From Pseudomonas aeruginosa (GTDB lineage: Bacteria > Pseudomonadota > Gammaproteobacteria > Pseudomonadales > Pseudomonadaceae), in NCBI RefSeq assembly GCF_001457615.1, contig NZ_LN831024.1:3870001-3902000 (forward strand): DNA of 32,000 nt, read 5' to 3'. A program made the translations under genes and the position numbers. The notes under the pieces are model-generated. The model was not told the DNA's origin and made no database searches. It saw only the letters and a list, made by a program, of their open reading frames with translations. Shown piece by piece: positions 20,482 through 29,784 of the stretch (the first letter of the stretch is position 1; every line of letters begins with the position of its first letter).

Positions 20482-21717
20482 TCAGGCTGCGTGCAGGGCG
20501 CTTTTTTCCGCCTCGTCATGCTCCTGCTCCTGCCGCGCATAGCGCTCGGCGGCAGGCACCGAGATGCGGATGGCGATGAATACCGCCAGCAGGCCGCCGA
20601 ACAATTTGCCGAGCAGGATCGGCAGGATCAGCGTCGGCTGGAAGTTGGCGGTGAATGCCAGGTGATCGCCGATGGTGGCCTGGGCGCAGACGCCCAGGGC
20701 CACGCAAAGCACCTTGTCGCGAGCATTCATGTATTTGAACAGGTGGTAGGTGGCGATGATGTTCGCCAGTACCATGACAAAGGCGGTGGCGCCCGGCTGG
20801 GACAGCCCCAGGTAACGGCCGAGGACCGCCATCGGGCGCTTGCAGTAGCGCTGGAACAGGTAGCAGATGGGGAAGGTCCCGGCCAGCATGATGCCGATGT
20901 AGCCAGCGATCTCGATGGCGCGGAACAACTCTTTCTCGTCGGCGAACATCGGGTCGAAGCCCCAGCCGCCGAAGACCTTGGTGAAGACTCCGGTGAAGTG
21001 CTGGACGATGGAAAGCGCCAGGGCCATCTTGATGAACGCGTCCATCACCTTGCCGAATACCAGGAACCCGGTGACCATCGCCGTCGCCCGGTACTTCAGG
21101 CCGGCGGCCAGCAGGAAGCAGAAGACGAACAGCGGCGCCAGCAGCCGAAGCATGTCGAGGAAGTCCAGCGACAGGTAGTGCAGGGCCGGCGAACCGGTCG
21201 ATACCAGTTCGCGCACCGGGATGTGGTTGAGGGTAATCAGCAGCAACGCCGCCAGCACCGCGAACGGAATGCTGATCAACCCGGCCATCGCCCCCAGCGC
21301 CAGGTACTTGTGGTCCTTGCGCTCGAGCATGGTCAGGCCGACCGGGATCAGGTAGACGATGGTCGCGCCGGAGGTGTAGCCCACCAGCATGGCAGTAATC
21401 CACATGTCGCGGTTGGCGGTCAGGGCATCGGCCAACTGGTAGCCGCCCATGTCCACCGCGATGATCGACAGCGCGGCGATGGATACGTCGGAACCGAGGG
21501 TCTGGAAGAACGGGCCGAGGGCATGGGAAATCGCCTTCGACAGATAGGGAATGGCTACCATGATGCCGGCCTGGGCGAGGAACACCGGACCGATGGCGTG
21601 GATGCCGTTGACGAACTCGCGGCCCAGACCGCTTTCCGGGCGCAGGATGGAAGCCAGCGCGCCAAGTACCGCACCCAGCATGATCAGGTAAATCACATAG
21701 TTTCCGAACTCGGCCAT
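20482..21717 (-). CDS. eutH: EutH-like (ethanolamine-type) transporter
   Basis: 411-aa MAEFGNYVIYLIMLGAVLGALASI...GFDPMFADEKELFRAIEIAGYIGIMLAGTFP...CVALGVCAQATIGDHLAFTANFQPTLILPILLGKLFGG, aligning by eye with EutH signatures. Confidence 0.87.
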   Translation of the reverse strand: MAEFGNYVIYLIMLGAVLGALASILRPESGLGREFVNGIHAIGPVFLAQAGIMVAIPYLSKAISHALGPFFQTLGSDVSIAALSIIAVDMGGYQLADALTANRDMWITAMLVGYTSGATIVYLIPVGLTMLERKDHKYLALGAMAGLISIPFAVLAALLLITLNHIPVRELVSTGSPALHYLSLDFLDMLRLLAPLFVFCFLLAAGLKYRATAMVTGFLVFGKVMDAFIKMALALSIVQHFTGVFTKVFGGWGFDPMFADEKELFRAIEIAGYIGIMLAGTFPICYLFQRYCKRPMAVLGRYLGLSQPGATAFVMVLANIIATYHLFKYMNARDKVLCVALGVCAQATIGDHLAFTANFQPTLILPILLGKLFGGLLAVFIAIRISVPAAERYARQEQEHDEAEKSALHAA

Positions 21718-21820
21718 CTGCGTCGTTCTCCCCTCGGCAGGCTCCCGTAGCGGGATGCGTTCTTCTGGTTGTCTGGTCGGGAGGCCGGCCACGCCGGTCG
21801 CTCCGCCGAAGCGAACACTC

Positions 21821-21875
21821 GCATTTCGCGTGCCACAATTTGGTTTTCGTGTTGATTTGAAGGTTCGTTTTACCT
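21821..21875. promoter_or_regulatory. Candidate DeoR-type operator region, repeated TTTCG/TTCGTTT words
   Basis: AT-rich island with CATTTCGCGTG, GGTTTTCGTGTTG, GGTTCGTTTTAC between divergent eutH and the DeoR gene. Confidence 0.35.
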
Positions 21876-22063
21876 AAATTGGTCACCCATACGGTCAAGT
21901 AGGCGGCCAATCCAAGAGCGTACCTGCCTTACGGACCTGTGGGATTTTCCGCCGGGCCTGCGCAAAGCCTCGCCCCGCCCCCTTCCGCCCAGCGCCGCCA
22001 GGCGCTACCGGGCGATTCACGGTAACAATCGCCGCACCAGGATGCGGCCCATGGGAGAACACG

Positions 22064-22840
22064 ATGCGCCCCGAGGAACGCCGCCGCCACATTCTCGAAT
22101 TGCTGCGCCAGCGCGAGCGGATCTCGGTGGACGAACTGGCGCGGACCCTTTCCACCTCTCAGGAAACCATTCGCCGCGACCTCGCCGCGCTGGCCGAACA
22201 AGGCCTGGTCAGCAAATTCCACGGAGGGGCCGCCCTGCCGCCCAGCGGCGAGCACGAGAACGCCTTCCAGACGCGAATGAACGAGCACGCCCAGGAAAAA
22301 CGCGCAGTCGCCCGCTACGCCGCCGGCCTGTTCGGGCCCGGTGACAGCATCTTCATCGACACCGGCACCACCACCCTGCTGTTCGCCCGCGAACTGGCGC
22401 GCCAGAGCCATCTGACGGTGATCACCAACTCGCTGTTGATCGCCGGCAGCGTCGGCGCCTCCGGCAACCGTGCATTCATGATCGGCGGCGAGTACCGCCC
22501 GGAATCCGAACAGAACGTCGGCGCCCTGGCCATCGAGCAGATCGCCCGGTTCAACGCCGAGCATGCGGTGATCACCGTCGGCGCGCTGAACGGCGATGGC
22601 GCCATGGATTTTTCCATCGAGGAAGCCGAGATCGCCCGTGCCATGATCGCCCAGGCCCGCCAACTGACGGTTATCGCCGACTCCTCGAAGCTCGGCCGGC
22701 GCGCCCTGTTCCAGGTCTTCCCGCTGAGCCGGATCAACCGCCTGGTGGTCGACCGCAAGCCTACCGGGGAACTCTGGGAAGCCCTGCAACAGGCGCGGGT
22801 GGAAGTCCACGAAGCCCCCCTGCGCACCCCGCAGGCCTGA
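22064..22840 (+). CDS. DeoR-family transcriptional regulator
   Basis: 258-aa MRPEERRRHILELLRQRERISVDELARTLSTSQETIRRDLAALAEQGLVSKFHGGAALPP..., DeoR HTH and sugar-phosphate sensing domain. Confidence 0.95.
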   Translation: MRPEERRRHILELLRQRERISVDELARTLSTSQETIRRDLAALAEQGLVSKFHGGAALPPSGEHENAFQTRMNEHAQEKRAVARYAAGLFGPGDSIFIDTGTTTLLFARELARQSHLTVITNSLLIAGSVGASGNRAFMIGGEYRPESEQNVGALAIEQIARFNAEHAVITVGALNGDGAMDFSIEEAEIARAMIAQARQLTVIADSSKLGRRALFQVFPLSRINRLVVDRKPTGELWEALQQARVEVHEAPLRTPQA

Positions 22841-22894
22841 CTCCCCTCGCGCGCAGCCCCGGAGACAGGCCGGGGCTGTGCCGGTGGCTGCCCG

Positions 22895-22906
22895 TCGATT
22901 AATCGA
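22895..22906. repeat. Perfect palindrome TCGATTAATCGA
   Basis: Read directly from the sequence, ~120 bp upstream of the FAD dehydrogenase. Confidence 0.6.
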
Positions 22907-22946
22907 TTGACTGTTTCTCTTTCAGTTGCCACATTAAAACAACAAA

Positions 22947-22970
22947 TTTCACATAGAATTCTGTGTGAAA
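22947..22970. promoter_or_regulatory. 24-bp near-perfect palindrome TTTCACATAGAATTCTGTGTGAAA, candidate operator
   Basis: Arms TTTCACATA / TGTGTGAAA around GAATTC with one mismatch pair, 54 bp before the FAD dehydrogenase ATG. Confidence 0.55.
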
Positions 22971-23024
22971 AATCAGTGTTACGGTCAAAAAGCAAACTGA
23001 TACCAAAAGAAACAGGCAGAAACG

Positions 23025-24434
23025 ATGACTGAGCCGCTTGCGACAAAGACCGCGATCTTCGACGTTGCAGTGATCGGCGCTGGCGTGGTGGGTTGCGCCA
23101 TGGCCCGCCGCTTCGCCCTGGAAGGTGCGCGGGTGGTCCTGCTGGAAAAAAGCACCGACATCCTCTCCGGTGCCAGCAAGGGCAACAGCGCGATCCTCCA
23201 TACCGGTTTCGACGCGCCGCCCGGCAGCATCGAACTGGCCTGCATGCAGGAGGGCTATCGCGAATACCGCGACATCCATGCGCGCCTCAACCTGCCGCTG
23301 CTGGAAACCGGCGCCCTGGTGGCGGCATGGAGCGACGAGGATCTGGCGCGCCTGCCGGCTATCGTCGAGCAGGCCCACGGAAACGGTGTCGATGACGTCC
23401 GCCAGGTCGGTCGCGACGAGGTCCTGGCGCTGGAGCCGCAGTTGGCCGGCAACGTGCTCGGCGCGGTGCGGGTCCCCGGGGAACATCTGGTCGACCCTTG
23501 GTCCGCGCCGCTCGCCTATCTGCAACAGGCGCTGGCCCATGGCGCCGAGGCCTGTTTCGACGTCGAAGTGCTGGACGGCGCCTTCGACGGCGGCGAATGG
23601 CTGTTGCATACCCGCCGCGGCGATCTGCGCGCGCGCCAGGTAATCAACTGCGCCGGACTCTTCGGTGACCAACTGGAACAGCGCCTGCTCGGCGCGGCGA
23701 GCTTCGCCATCCATCCGCGCAAGGGCCAGTTCGTGGTCTTCGACAAGGCCGCCGCGGCGCTGCTGCGGCACATCCTGCTACCGGTACCCAACGAGCGGAC
23801 CAAGGGGGTGGTATTCACCCGTACTGTCTTCGGCAACCTGCTCGCCGGCCCCACCGCCGAGGAACAGGACGACCGCGAACAGGCACGGGTCGACAGCGAC
23901 ACCCTGCAGCGACTGATCGACGCCGCCGTCGAGCGGATCCCCGGCCTGCGCGGCATGCCGGTCACCGCCACCTACGCAGGATTGCGACCGGCCAGCGAAA
24001 AGAAGGAATACCGCATCCGCCAGGTCGACGGACGCAACTGGATCAGTGTCGGCGGCATCCGTTCCACCGGTCTCACCGCGGCGCTGGGCATCGCACGCCA
24101 CGTCTATCGTCTCTACCAGGGCGAGCGCTTCCACGAAGCGGTTCGCGAGCCGCTCTGGCCACAGGTACCGAACCTCGCCGAACACCTGCCGCGCGACTGG
24201 CAGCGTCCCGGCTACGACGAGATCGTCTGCCACTGCGAGATGGTCACCCGCCGGGAAATCCTCGCCGCCCTGGAAGGGCCGCTGCCAGCCGGCGACTTCG
24301 GCGGCCTGAAGCGTCGCACCCGCGCCTGCATGGGACGCTGCCAGGGTTTCTACTGCAACGCGCGGGTCGCCGAGCTGAGCGCCGGCCGCCTCGCCCAGCC
24401 CCTCGCCACCGGGAGTTGCCATGAGCATCACTGA
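23025..24434 (+). CDS. GlpA-like FAD-dependent dehydrogenase with C-terminal BFD-like [2Fe-2S] domain
   Basis: FDVAVIGAGVVGCAMARRFALEGARVVLLEKSTDILSGASKGNSAILHTGFDA...; C-terminal CHCEMVTRREILAAL...CMGRCQGFYC. Confidence 0.93.
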   Translation: MTEPLATKTAIFDVAVIGAGVVGCAMARRFALEGARVVLLEKSTDILSGASKGNSAILHTGFDAPPGSIELACMQEGYREYRDIHARLNLPLLETGALVAAWSDEDLARLPAIVEQAHGNGVDDVRQVGRDEVLALEPQLAGNVLGAVRVPGEHLVDPWSAPLAYLQQALAHGAEACFDVEVLDGAFDGGEWLLHTRRGDLRARQVINCAGLFGDQLEQRLLGAASFAIHPRKGQFVVFDKAAAALLRHILLPVPNERTKGVVFTRTVFGNLLAGPTAEEQDDREQARVDSDTLQRLIDAAVERIPGLRGMPVTATYAGLRPASEKKEYRIRQVDGRNWISVGGIRSTGLTAALGIARHVYRLYQGERFHEAVREPLWPQVPNLAEHLPRDWQRPGYDEIVCHCEMVTRREILAALEGPLPAGDFGGLKRRTRACMGRCQGFYCNARVAELSAGRLAQPLATGSCHEHH

Positions 24435-25659
24435 ACAGGTCGACGTCGCCATCGTCGGCAGCGGTCCCGCCGGATTGGCAGCCGCCATCGAACTACGCCG
24501 CCAGGGCGTCGCCCGGGTCTGCGTGCTGGAGCGCGACGGCGAGGCCGGCGGTATACCCCGGCATTGCGCGCATCCGCCGTTCGGCCTGCGCGAACACGGC
24601 CGCCTGTTGACCGGCCCGGCCTATGCACAGCGTAACGTCGAACAGGCCGAACGGGCCGGGGTGGATATCCGCCTGCGCCATAGCGTGGTTGCTCTCGCCG
24701 CCGCCGGCCTGCTGCAACTGGCCACCCCCGAAGGCCCGCGCAGTCTGCGCGCGACACGCGTGCTGCTGGCCACCGGCGCACGCGAGACGCCGCGCTCGGC
24801 GCGCCTGCTGGGCGGCGACCGGCCGCTGGGCGTGATCAATACCGGCGCGCTGCAAGCCTACCTCCATCTGCAAGGCCTGAAGCCGTTCGAACGGCCGCTG
24901 ATCGTCGGCACCGAGCTGGTCAGCCTGTCCGCCGTGATGAGCTGCCGGCGTGCCGGCATCCGCCCGGTGGCCATGCTCGAACGCAACGCACGGGCCACCG
25001 CGCGTTGGCCGCTATCGCTGTTTCCCAGGCTGTGCGGAGTGCCGATGCACTTCTCCAGCGAGCTGCTGGAGATCGAAGGCCGCGGCCGGGTCGAGGCGGC
25101 GCGGGTACGCCTGGGCGACGGGCGCGTCGAACGGATCGCCTGCGACGGCATCCTCCTCAGCGGACGCTTCGTTCCCGAATCGAGCCTGGTCCGCCTCAGC
25201 CACCTGGAACTGGACCCGGCCAGCGGCGGCCCGCGCATCGATCAGTTCGGCCGCTGCTCCGACCCCGCCTATTTCGCCGCCGGCAACCTGCTCCGGCCGA
25301 TCGAGACCGCCGGCTGGTCGTTCCGCGAGGGACGAAGGATCGCCGGCCTGCTGGCCGCCGACCTGCGGGCCGAACTGCCGAGTGCCGCACCTGGCATAGC
25401 CATCGATTGCAGTGGTCCGCTCAAGCTGTGCGTGCCGCAGCGGCTGCTGGCCGACCCGACACCCGGCCTGGCGCATCTGCAGCTACGCGTAAGCGAGGCC
25501 GCCAGCGGCCGCCTGCGGATCCTGGCCGATGGTCGCCCGGTGTGGGAGCGTGCCCTGTCCTGCCTGCCGGAGCGCCGCCTGCTGGTGCCGCTGGCCGCCC
25601 TGCGCCTGCCGCCGGACACCCGGCGCCTGGAAGTCGCCTTCCTCACCTCCGGCCACTGA
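24421..25659 (+). CDS. FAD/NAD(P)-binding oxidoreductase, partner of the upstream dehydrogenase
   Basis: VDVAIVGSGPAGLAAAIELRRQGVARVCVLERDGEAGGIPRHCAHPPFGLRE...; overlaps the upstream gene by 14 bp. Confidence 0.92.
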   Translation: MSITEQVDVAIVGSGPAGLAAAIELRRQGVARVCVLERDGEAGGIPRHCAHPPFGLREHGRLLTGPAYAQRNVEQAERAGVDIRLRHSVVALAAAGLLQLATPEGPRSLRATRVLLATGARETPRSARLLGGDRPLGVINTGALQAYLHLQGLKPFERPLIVGTELVSLSAVMSCRRAGIRPVAMLERNARATARWPLSLFPRLCGVPMHFSSELLEIEGRGRVEAARVRLGDGRVERIACDGILLSGRFVPESSLVRLSHLELDPASGGPRIDQFGRCSDPAYFAAGNLLRPIETAGWSFREGRRIAGLLAADLRAELPSAAPGIAIDCSGPLKLCVPQRLLADPTPGLAHLQLRVSEAASGRLRILADGRPVWERALSCLPERRLLVPLAALRLPPDTRRLEVAFLTSGH

Positions 25660-25679
25660 ACCCGCGAAGAGAACCGACC

Positions 25680-27095
25680 ATGCGAATCGCCGCCCTCGAC
25701 CAGGGAACCACCAGTACCCGCGTGCTGGTCGCCAGCCAGGACGGCAGCGCCGATATTCAGTTGGCGCTGCGTCACCAGCAACACCATCCGCAGTCCGGCT
25801 GGGTCGAGCACGATCCGCTGGAACTGCTGGCCAACCTGCAACGCTGCCTGGAGGCCAGCGGCCGGGTCGACGCCATCGGCCTCGCCAACCAGGGCGAAAG
25901 CTGCATGGCCTGGGACGCCCGCAGCGGCGAGCCGTTGTCGCCGCTGATCGTCTGGCAGGACAACCGCACCACCCCGCACATCGAGCGTCTACGCGCCAGC
26001 GGCGCCGAGGCGCTGGTCCTGGAACGCAGCGGCCTGCCGCTCGACGCCTATTTCTCGGCCAGCAAGCTGGGCTGGATCGTCGAGCACCTTCCGGCCGCTC
26101 GCAGGGCTTTGAAGGCAGGCCGCCTGCGCCTGGGAACCAGCGATGCCTGGTTTCTCGACCGCTTGTGCGGAACCTTCGCCACCGACGTCACCACCGCCTC
26201 GCGTACCGCATTGATGAACCTCGCCGAGGGCCGCTGGGACCCCGACCTGTGCGCCCTGTTCGGCGTGCCGATCGAGTGCCTGCCGGAAATCCGCGATACC
26301 GTCGGCCATTTCGGGGTGATCGGCAACACCCCGCTGACGGCCTCGGTGGTCGACCAGCAGGCCTCGCTCTACGGTCACGGCTGCCGCCAGCCCGGTGATG
26401 CGAAGATCACCTTCGGCACCGGCGCCTTCGCCCTGACTCTCAGCGGCGAGCGGATCATCCGCTCGCCGGAGACAGGCCTGCTCGCCACCATCGCCTGGCA
26501 GATCGATGGCAAACCGGTGTACGCCATGGACGGCGGGGTCTACGACGCCAGCGCCGCGGTCGAGTGGGCCGGGCGTCTCGGCCTGTTCAGCGACTTCTCG
26601 GAACTGGCCGGCTTCGACCGGCCGCCGGCCATCGAGCGCGGCCTGGCCTTCGTCCCGGCCCTGTCGGGACTCGCATGCCCGCACTGGGACCGCAGCGCCG
26701 GCGCGATGTGGCTGGGAATGGACGCCGGCACCCGCCGCGAGGACCTCTGCCAGGCCCTGCTCGAAGGCGTGGTGCTGCGCAGCGCCGAGGTGATCCAGGC
26801 GATGGACGGCTACCTGAAGGTCACCGACCGCCTGTCCATCGACGGCGGCCTGGCGCGCAGCCCCTACTTCGCCCAGTTCCTCGCCGACAGCCTGCAACGG
26901 CGCATCGTCACCCAGCGCTTCGACGAACTCACCGCCTTCGGTTGCGCCGCCCTTGCCGCGCGTGGCCTCGGCCACGAGCTGGCGGAGCCGCGCAATACCC
27001 GCACGGAGTTCCAGCCGCGGGTCGACGCCGGCACCGCCCGGCGCTGGCAGGTGCGTTTCAGCGAAGCGGTGGCGCGCACCCGCGGCTGGCGCTGA
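25680..27095 (+). CDS. FGGY-family carbohydrate/glycerol kinase
   Basis: MRIAALDQGTTSTRVLVASQDGSADIQLALRHQQHHPQSGWVEHDPLELL...; GTGAFAL, MAMDGG-like and RLSIDGGLARSPYFAQFLAD motifs. ATG at 25680 within ORF 25005..27095. Confidence 0.93.
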   Translation: MRIAALDQGTTSTRVLVASQDGSADIQLALRHQQHHPQSGWVEHDPLELLANLQRCLEASGRVDAIGLANQGESCMAWDARSGEPLSPLIVWQDNRTTPHIERLRASGAEALVLERSGLPLDAYFSASKLGWIVEHLPAARRALKAGRLRLGTSDAWFLDRLCGTFATDVTTASRTALMNLAEGRWDPDLCALFGVPIECLPEIRDTVGHFGVIGNTPLTASVVDQQASLYGHGCRQPGDAKITFGTGAFALTLSGERIIRSPETGLLATIAWQIDGKPVYAMDGGVYDASAAVEWAGRLGLFSDFSELAGFDRPPAIERGLAFVPALSGLACPHWDRSAGAMWLGMDAGTRREDLCQALLEGVVLRSAEVIQAMDGYLKVTDRLSIDGGLARSPYFAQFLADSLQRRIVTQRFDELTAFGCAALAARGLGHELAEPRNTRTEFQPRVDAGTARRWQVRFSEAVARTRGWR

Positions 27096-27102
27096 GCCGC
27101 TT

Positions 27103-28203
27103 TCAGCGTCCCGGCCAGCCGGTCTCGCGCAGCGCCGCCAGGAGCCTCTCCCCCTTCAGCGCGGGCACCAGCCGGCCGTCCTCGGTGCGCATGTCCTCGC
27201 CGGCCAGCAGCACGTTGACGATGGCTTCTTCCACCGCCTCCGCCGCCGCGGCGAACAGCGGCGAGATGTGGTCGTTGTTGAGCATCCGCAGCGGCGTGCT
27301 CTGCGGCAGGTCCTTGCGCGCATAGTCGGCTGGCGGCAGGTCCTGGTTGCCGGTGGCGAAGGCGAGGAACACGTCGCCGCTGGAGTCCTCGGTGCCACCG
27401 CCGGTGCGAGCGATGCCGATCGAGGCGCGCTGCGCCAGGCGCTGGCACTGGTGCGGCAGCAGCGGCGCATCGGTGGCCAGGATCACCACGATGGAGCCCA
27501 TACCCGGGGTGCCTTCCTCGCTGAACGGCGAGGGGATGTCGCCCAACCGGCGGCCGACAGGATAGCCATCGACCCGCAGCTCGCGGCGCTGGCCGTGGTT
27601 GGCCTGGACCAGCGCGCCCACCGTCCAGCCGCCCTGCTCCGCCGGAAGCCGCCGCGATGCGCTACCGATGCCACCCTTGAACTCGTGGCAGATCATCCCG
27701 GTACCGCCGCCCACCGAACCTTCGCGGACCGGTCCGGACTCGGCGCAGGCCAGCGCCTCGCCGACCTGGCGGGCGCCGACGTGCTGGCCCCAGATATCGT
27801 TGAGCAGGCCGTCGAAGGTCTCCATCACCACCGGCATGCACCAGTACAGCCCGCTGTCGCCGAGTTCGGCGCGCTCCTCGGCGATCAGCGCGTCGCGCAC
27901 CGCGCCGACGCTGTGGGTATTGGTGATGGCGATCGGGGTGGTCAGCAGGCCGGCTTCGCGGATCCACTCCAGGCCCGTGGCGTCGCCGTTGCCGTTGAGC
28001 ACATGGCAGCCGGCGAAGCAGGGTTGCAGGCGCGCCGCACCGGCGCGCGGCTGGACCAGGGTGACGCCGGTGCGAACCTGCCTGCCGTCGATCCGCTGGT
28101 TCAGGGTGCTGTGGCCGACGCGCACGCCGGGAACGTCGGTGATCGCGTTGAACGGGCCGGGAGTGCCCAGGCCGAGGGTGATGCCAAGTTGTCGAGCGCG
28201 CAT
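27103..28203 (-). CDS. P1 (DmpA/BapA-type) aminopeptidase family protein
   Basis: ITDVPGVRVGHSTL..., NSVGAVRDALI-like NTHSVGAVRDALI, EGSVGGGTGM.., LNNDHISPLFAAAAEAVEEAIVNVL. Confidence 0.9.
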   Translation of the reverse strand: MRARQLGITLGLGTPGPFNAITDVPGVRVGHSTLNQRIDGRQVRTGVTLVQPRAGAARLQPCFAGCHVLNGNGDATGLEWIREAGLLTTPIAITNTHSVGAVRDALIAEERAELGDSGLYWCMPVVMETFDGLLNDIWGQHVGARQVGEALACAESGPVREGSVGGGTGMICHEFKGGIGSASRRLPAEQGGWTVGALVQANHGQRRELRVDGYPVGRRLGDIPSPFSEEGTPGMGSIVVILATDAPLLPHQCQRLAQRASIGIARTGGGTEDSSGDVFLAFATGNQDLPPADYARKDLPQSTPLRMLNNDHISPLFAAAAEAVEEAIVNVLLAGEDMRTEDGRLVPALKGERLLAALRETGWPGR

Positions 28204-28216
28204 GCGGACTCCTGTT

Positions 28217-29584
28217 TCAAAGCTTCTGGAACGCCGGACTGAGCTTGCCGTAGGTGCAGTAGAGAATCACCGACACCGCCAGCAGTCCGACAATGATCAT
28301 CACGTCCCTGGCCGAGGCCGCCAGGAACAGGTTGAGCAGCAGGTATCCCGCGCCGCTCACCGCCAGCAGCGCCGGCAGCGGCCACAGCGGCATCCGGTAG
28401 GGATGCTCGCGGTCGCGCCGCAGCACCCGGCTGAACAGCGCGCAGAGGGCGACGATCAGGTAGACCATGACGATCAGCAACACGGTGAACGAGGTCAGTT
28501 CGGCCAGGTTGGAGCTGAAGCTCAGCGCCGCCGAGGGAATGGCGAGGAACAGCGTGGCCAGCCAGGGCGATTCCCAGCGCGGATGGATACGGGTGAAGGC
28601 ACGGTTCAACGCTGGCATCCAGAGCGCGTCGCGACCGCTGCTGAAGATCACCCGGGCGCTCTGGATGACGATGGCGACGATGGCGTTGAACACCGAGAGG
28701 AAGATTCCCGCGCTGACCAGGCGCGACAGCGTCTCGTTGCCATGGCTGTTCAACAGGTAGCCGATCGGATCGGGGCTGGCGAGCATCGCCGGGAGCGACG
28801 GCGCGCCGATCAGCAGCGCGGCGAGCGGGACGATCTCGATCAGTACTACCAGCGCCAGCGACCAGAGCACCGCGCGATGCACGCTGTGGCCGCCGTCCTT
28901 CATGTCCTCGGCGAGCAGCACCGCGCCGCCGAAACCGTTGTAGGAGAACAGCGCGGTACCGACCGCTCCGATCACCAATGCCCAGGGTGCGATCGCCAGC
29001 AGCCCGCCGTCGCCGACTACCTGCGGCTGCAGCAGGACGCTCGCCGGTTGCTGTGCATGGCCGAAACCGAGGCCGACGATCACCAGCAGCGCCGCCACTT
29101 CCAGCAGCAGGCAGGTACCCGTGACCCAGGCGTTGACGCGGATGTTGAGGATGCCCAGCAGGTAGCTGGAGGCAACGATCGCCAGGGCCACGGTCTGCGC
29201 ATCGAAGTGGGTGCCGAGGGCAGCGTTCAGGTAAGTCGCCGCGCCGGTGGCGAGCACCGGCGGGATGAACAGCAGCATCGCCAGCACCGTGAGGAAGGTG
29301 GCGTAGCCGGCCAAGCCGCCGAACACCCGCTTGGCGTAGACATACTCGCCGCCGGCGGTGCTGTGCGCCCTGCCCAGCTCGGCATAGCACCAGGCGAACA
29401 TCAGCGCCAGCACCCCGGCCAGGGCGAAGGCCCAGAAAGCGCCGGTGCCGGCCTGCTGGATGGCGAAGGGGGCGATGACGAAGACGGAACTGGCGGGAGT
29501 GACTGCGGAAACGGTGATGGCGACCACGTCGAACACGCCCAGCGTGGGTTTCAGCGCACTTTCGGGCGCGGGGGAAGAGCTCAT
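28217..29584 (-). CDS. APC-superfamily amino acid permease
   Basis: 455-aa polytopic ORF LGVFDVVAITVSAVTPASSVFVIAPFAIQQAGTGAFWAFALAGVLALMFAWCYAELGRAHSTAGGEYVYAKRVFGG. Confidence 0.92.
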   Translation of the reverse strand: MSSSPAPESALKPTLGVFDVVAITVSAVTPASSVFVIAPFAIQQAGTGAFWAFALAGVLALMFAWCYAELGRAHSTAGGEYVYAKRVFGGLAGYATFLTVLAMLLFIPPVLATGAATYLNAALGTHFDAQTVALAIVASSYLLGILNIRVNAWVTGTCLLLEVAALLVIVGLGFGHAQQPASVLLQPQVVGDGGLLAIAPWALVIGAVGTALFSYNGFGGAVLLAEDMKDGGHSVHRAVLWSLALVVLIEIVPLAALLIGAPSLPAMLASPDPIGYLLNSHGNETLSRLVSAGIFLSVFNAIVAIVIQSARVIFSSGRDALWMPALNRAFTRIHPRWESPWLATLFLAIPSAALSFSSNLAELTSFTVLLIVMVYLIVALCALFSRVLRRDREHPYRMPLWPLPALLAVSGAGYLLLNLFLAASARDVMIIVGLLAVSVILYCTYGKLSPAFQKL

Positions 29585-29784
29585 GTCGTTGTCCTCTGAT
29601 TGTTATTGAAGTTGAGGCAGTAACGGAGACTCGCGGCGGCCCCTTGCCGGGGCGCTGGTTATGCGCCGACTCTAGGAGCGCGGAACCGGCGGGCCAATCA
29701 CCCTTTGGGGTTACGCCCCTTGACGCGGCGGGTGGAAAAGCCGCAAACCGGAGCCTGCGAAAACCCACCGTGGAGCGAATACGG

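Noticed and set aside
22855-22877. Hairpin AGCCCCGG-AGACAGG-CCGGGGCT after the DeoR gene as terminator
   Set aside because: Good 8-bp stem but no following T-tract; not called as a terminator, though it may pause or stabilise RNA.
25005-25679. Upstream extension of the FGGY kinase ORF
   Set aside because: Overlaps the oxidoreductase gene in another frame. Kinase homology (MRIAALDQGTTSTR) starts at 25680.
26953-28242. 429-aa plus-strand ORF opposite the P1 peptidase
   Set aside because: Antisense shadow; the minus-strand peptidase has clear family motifs.
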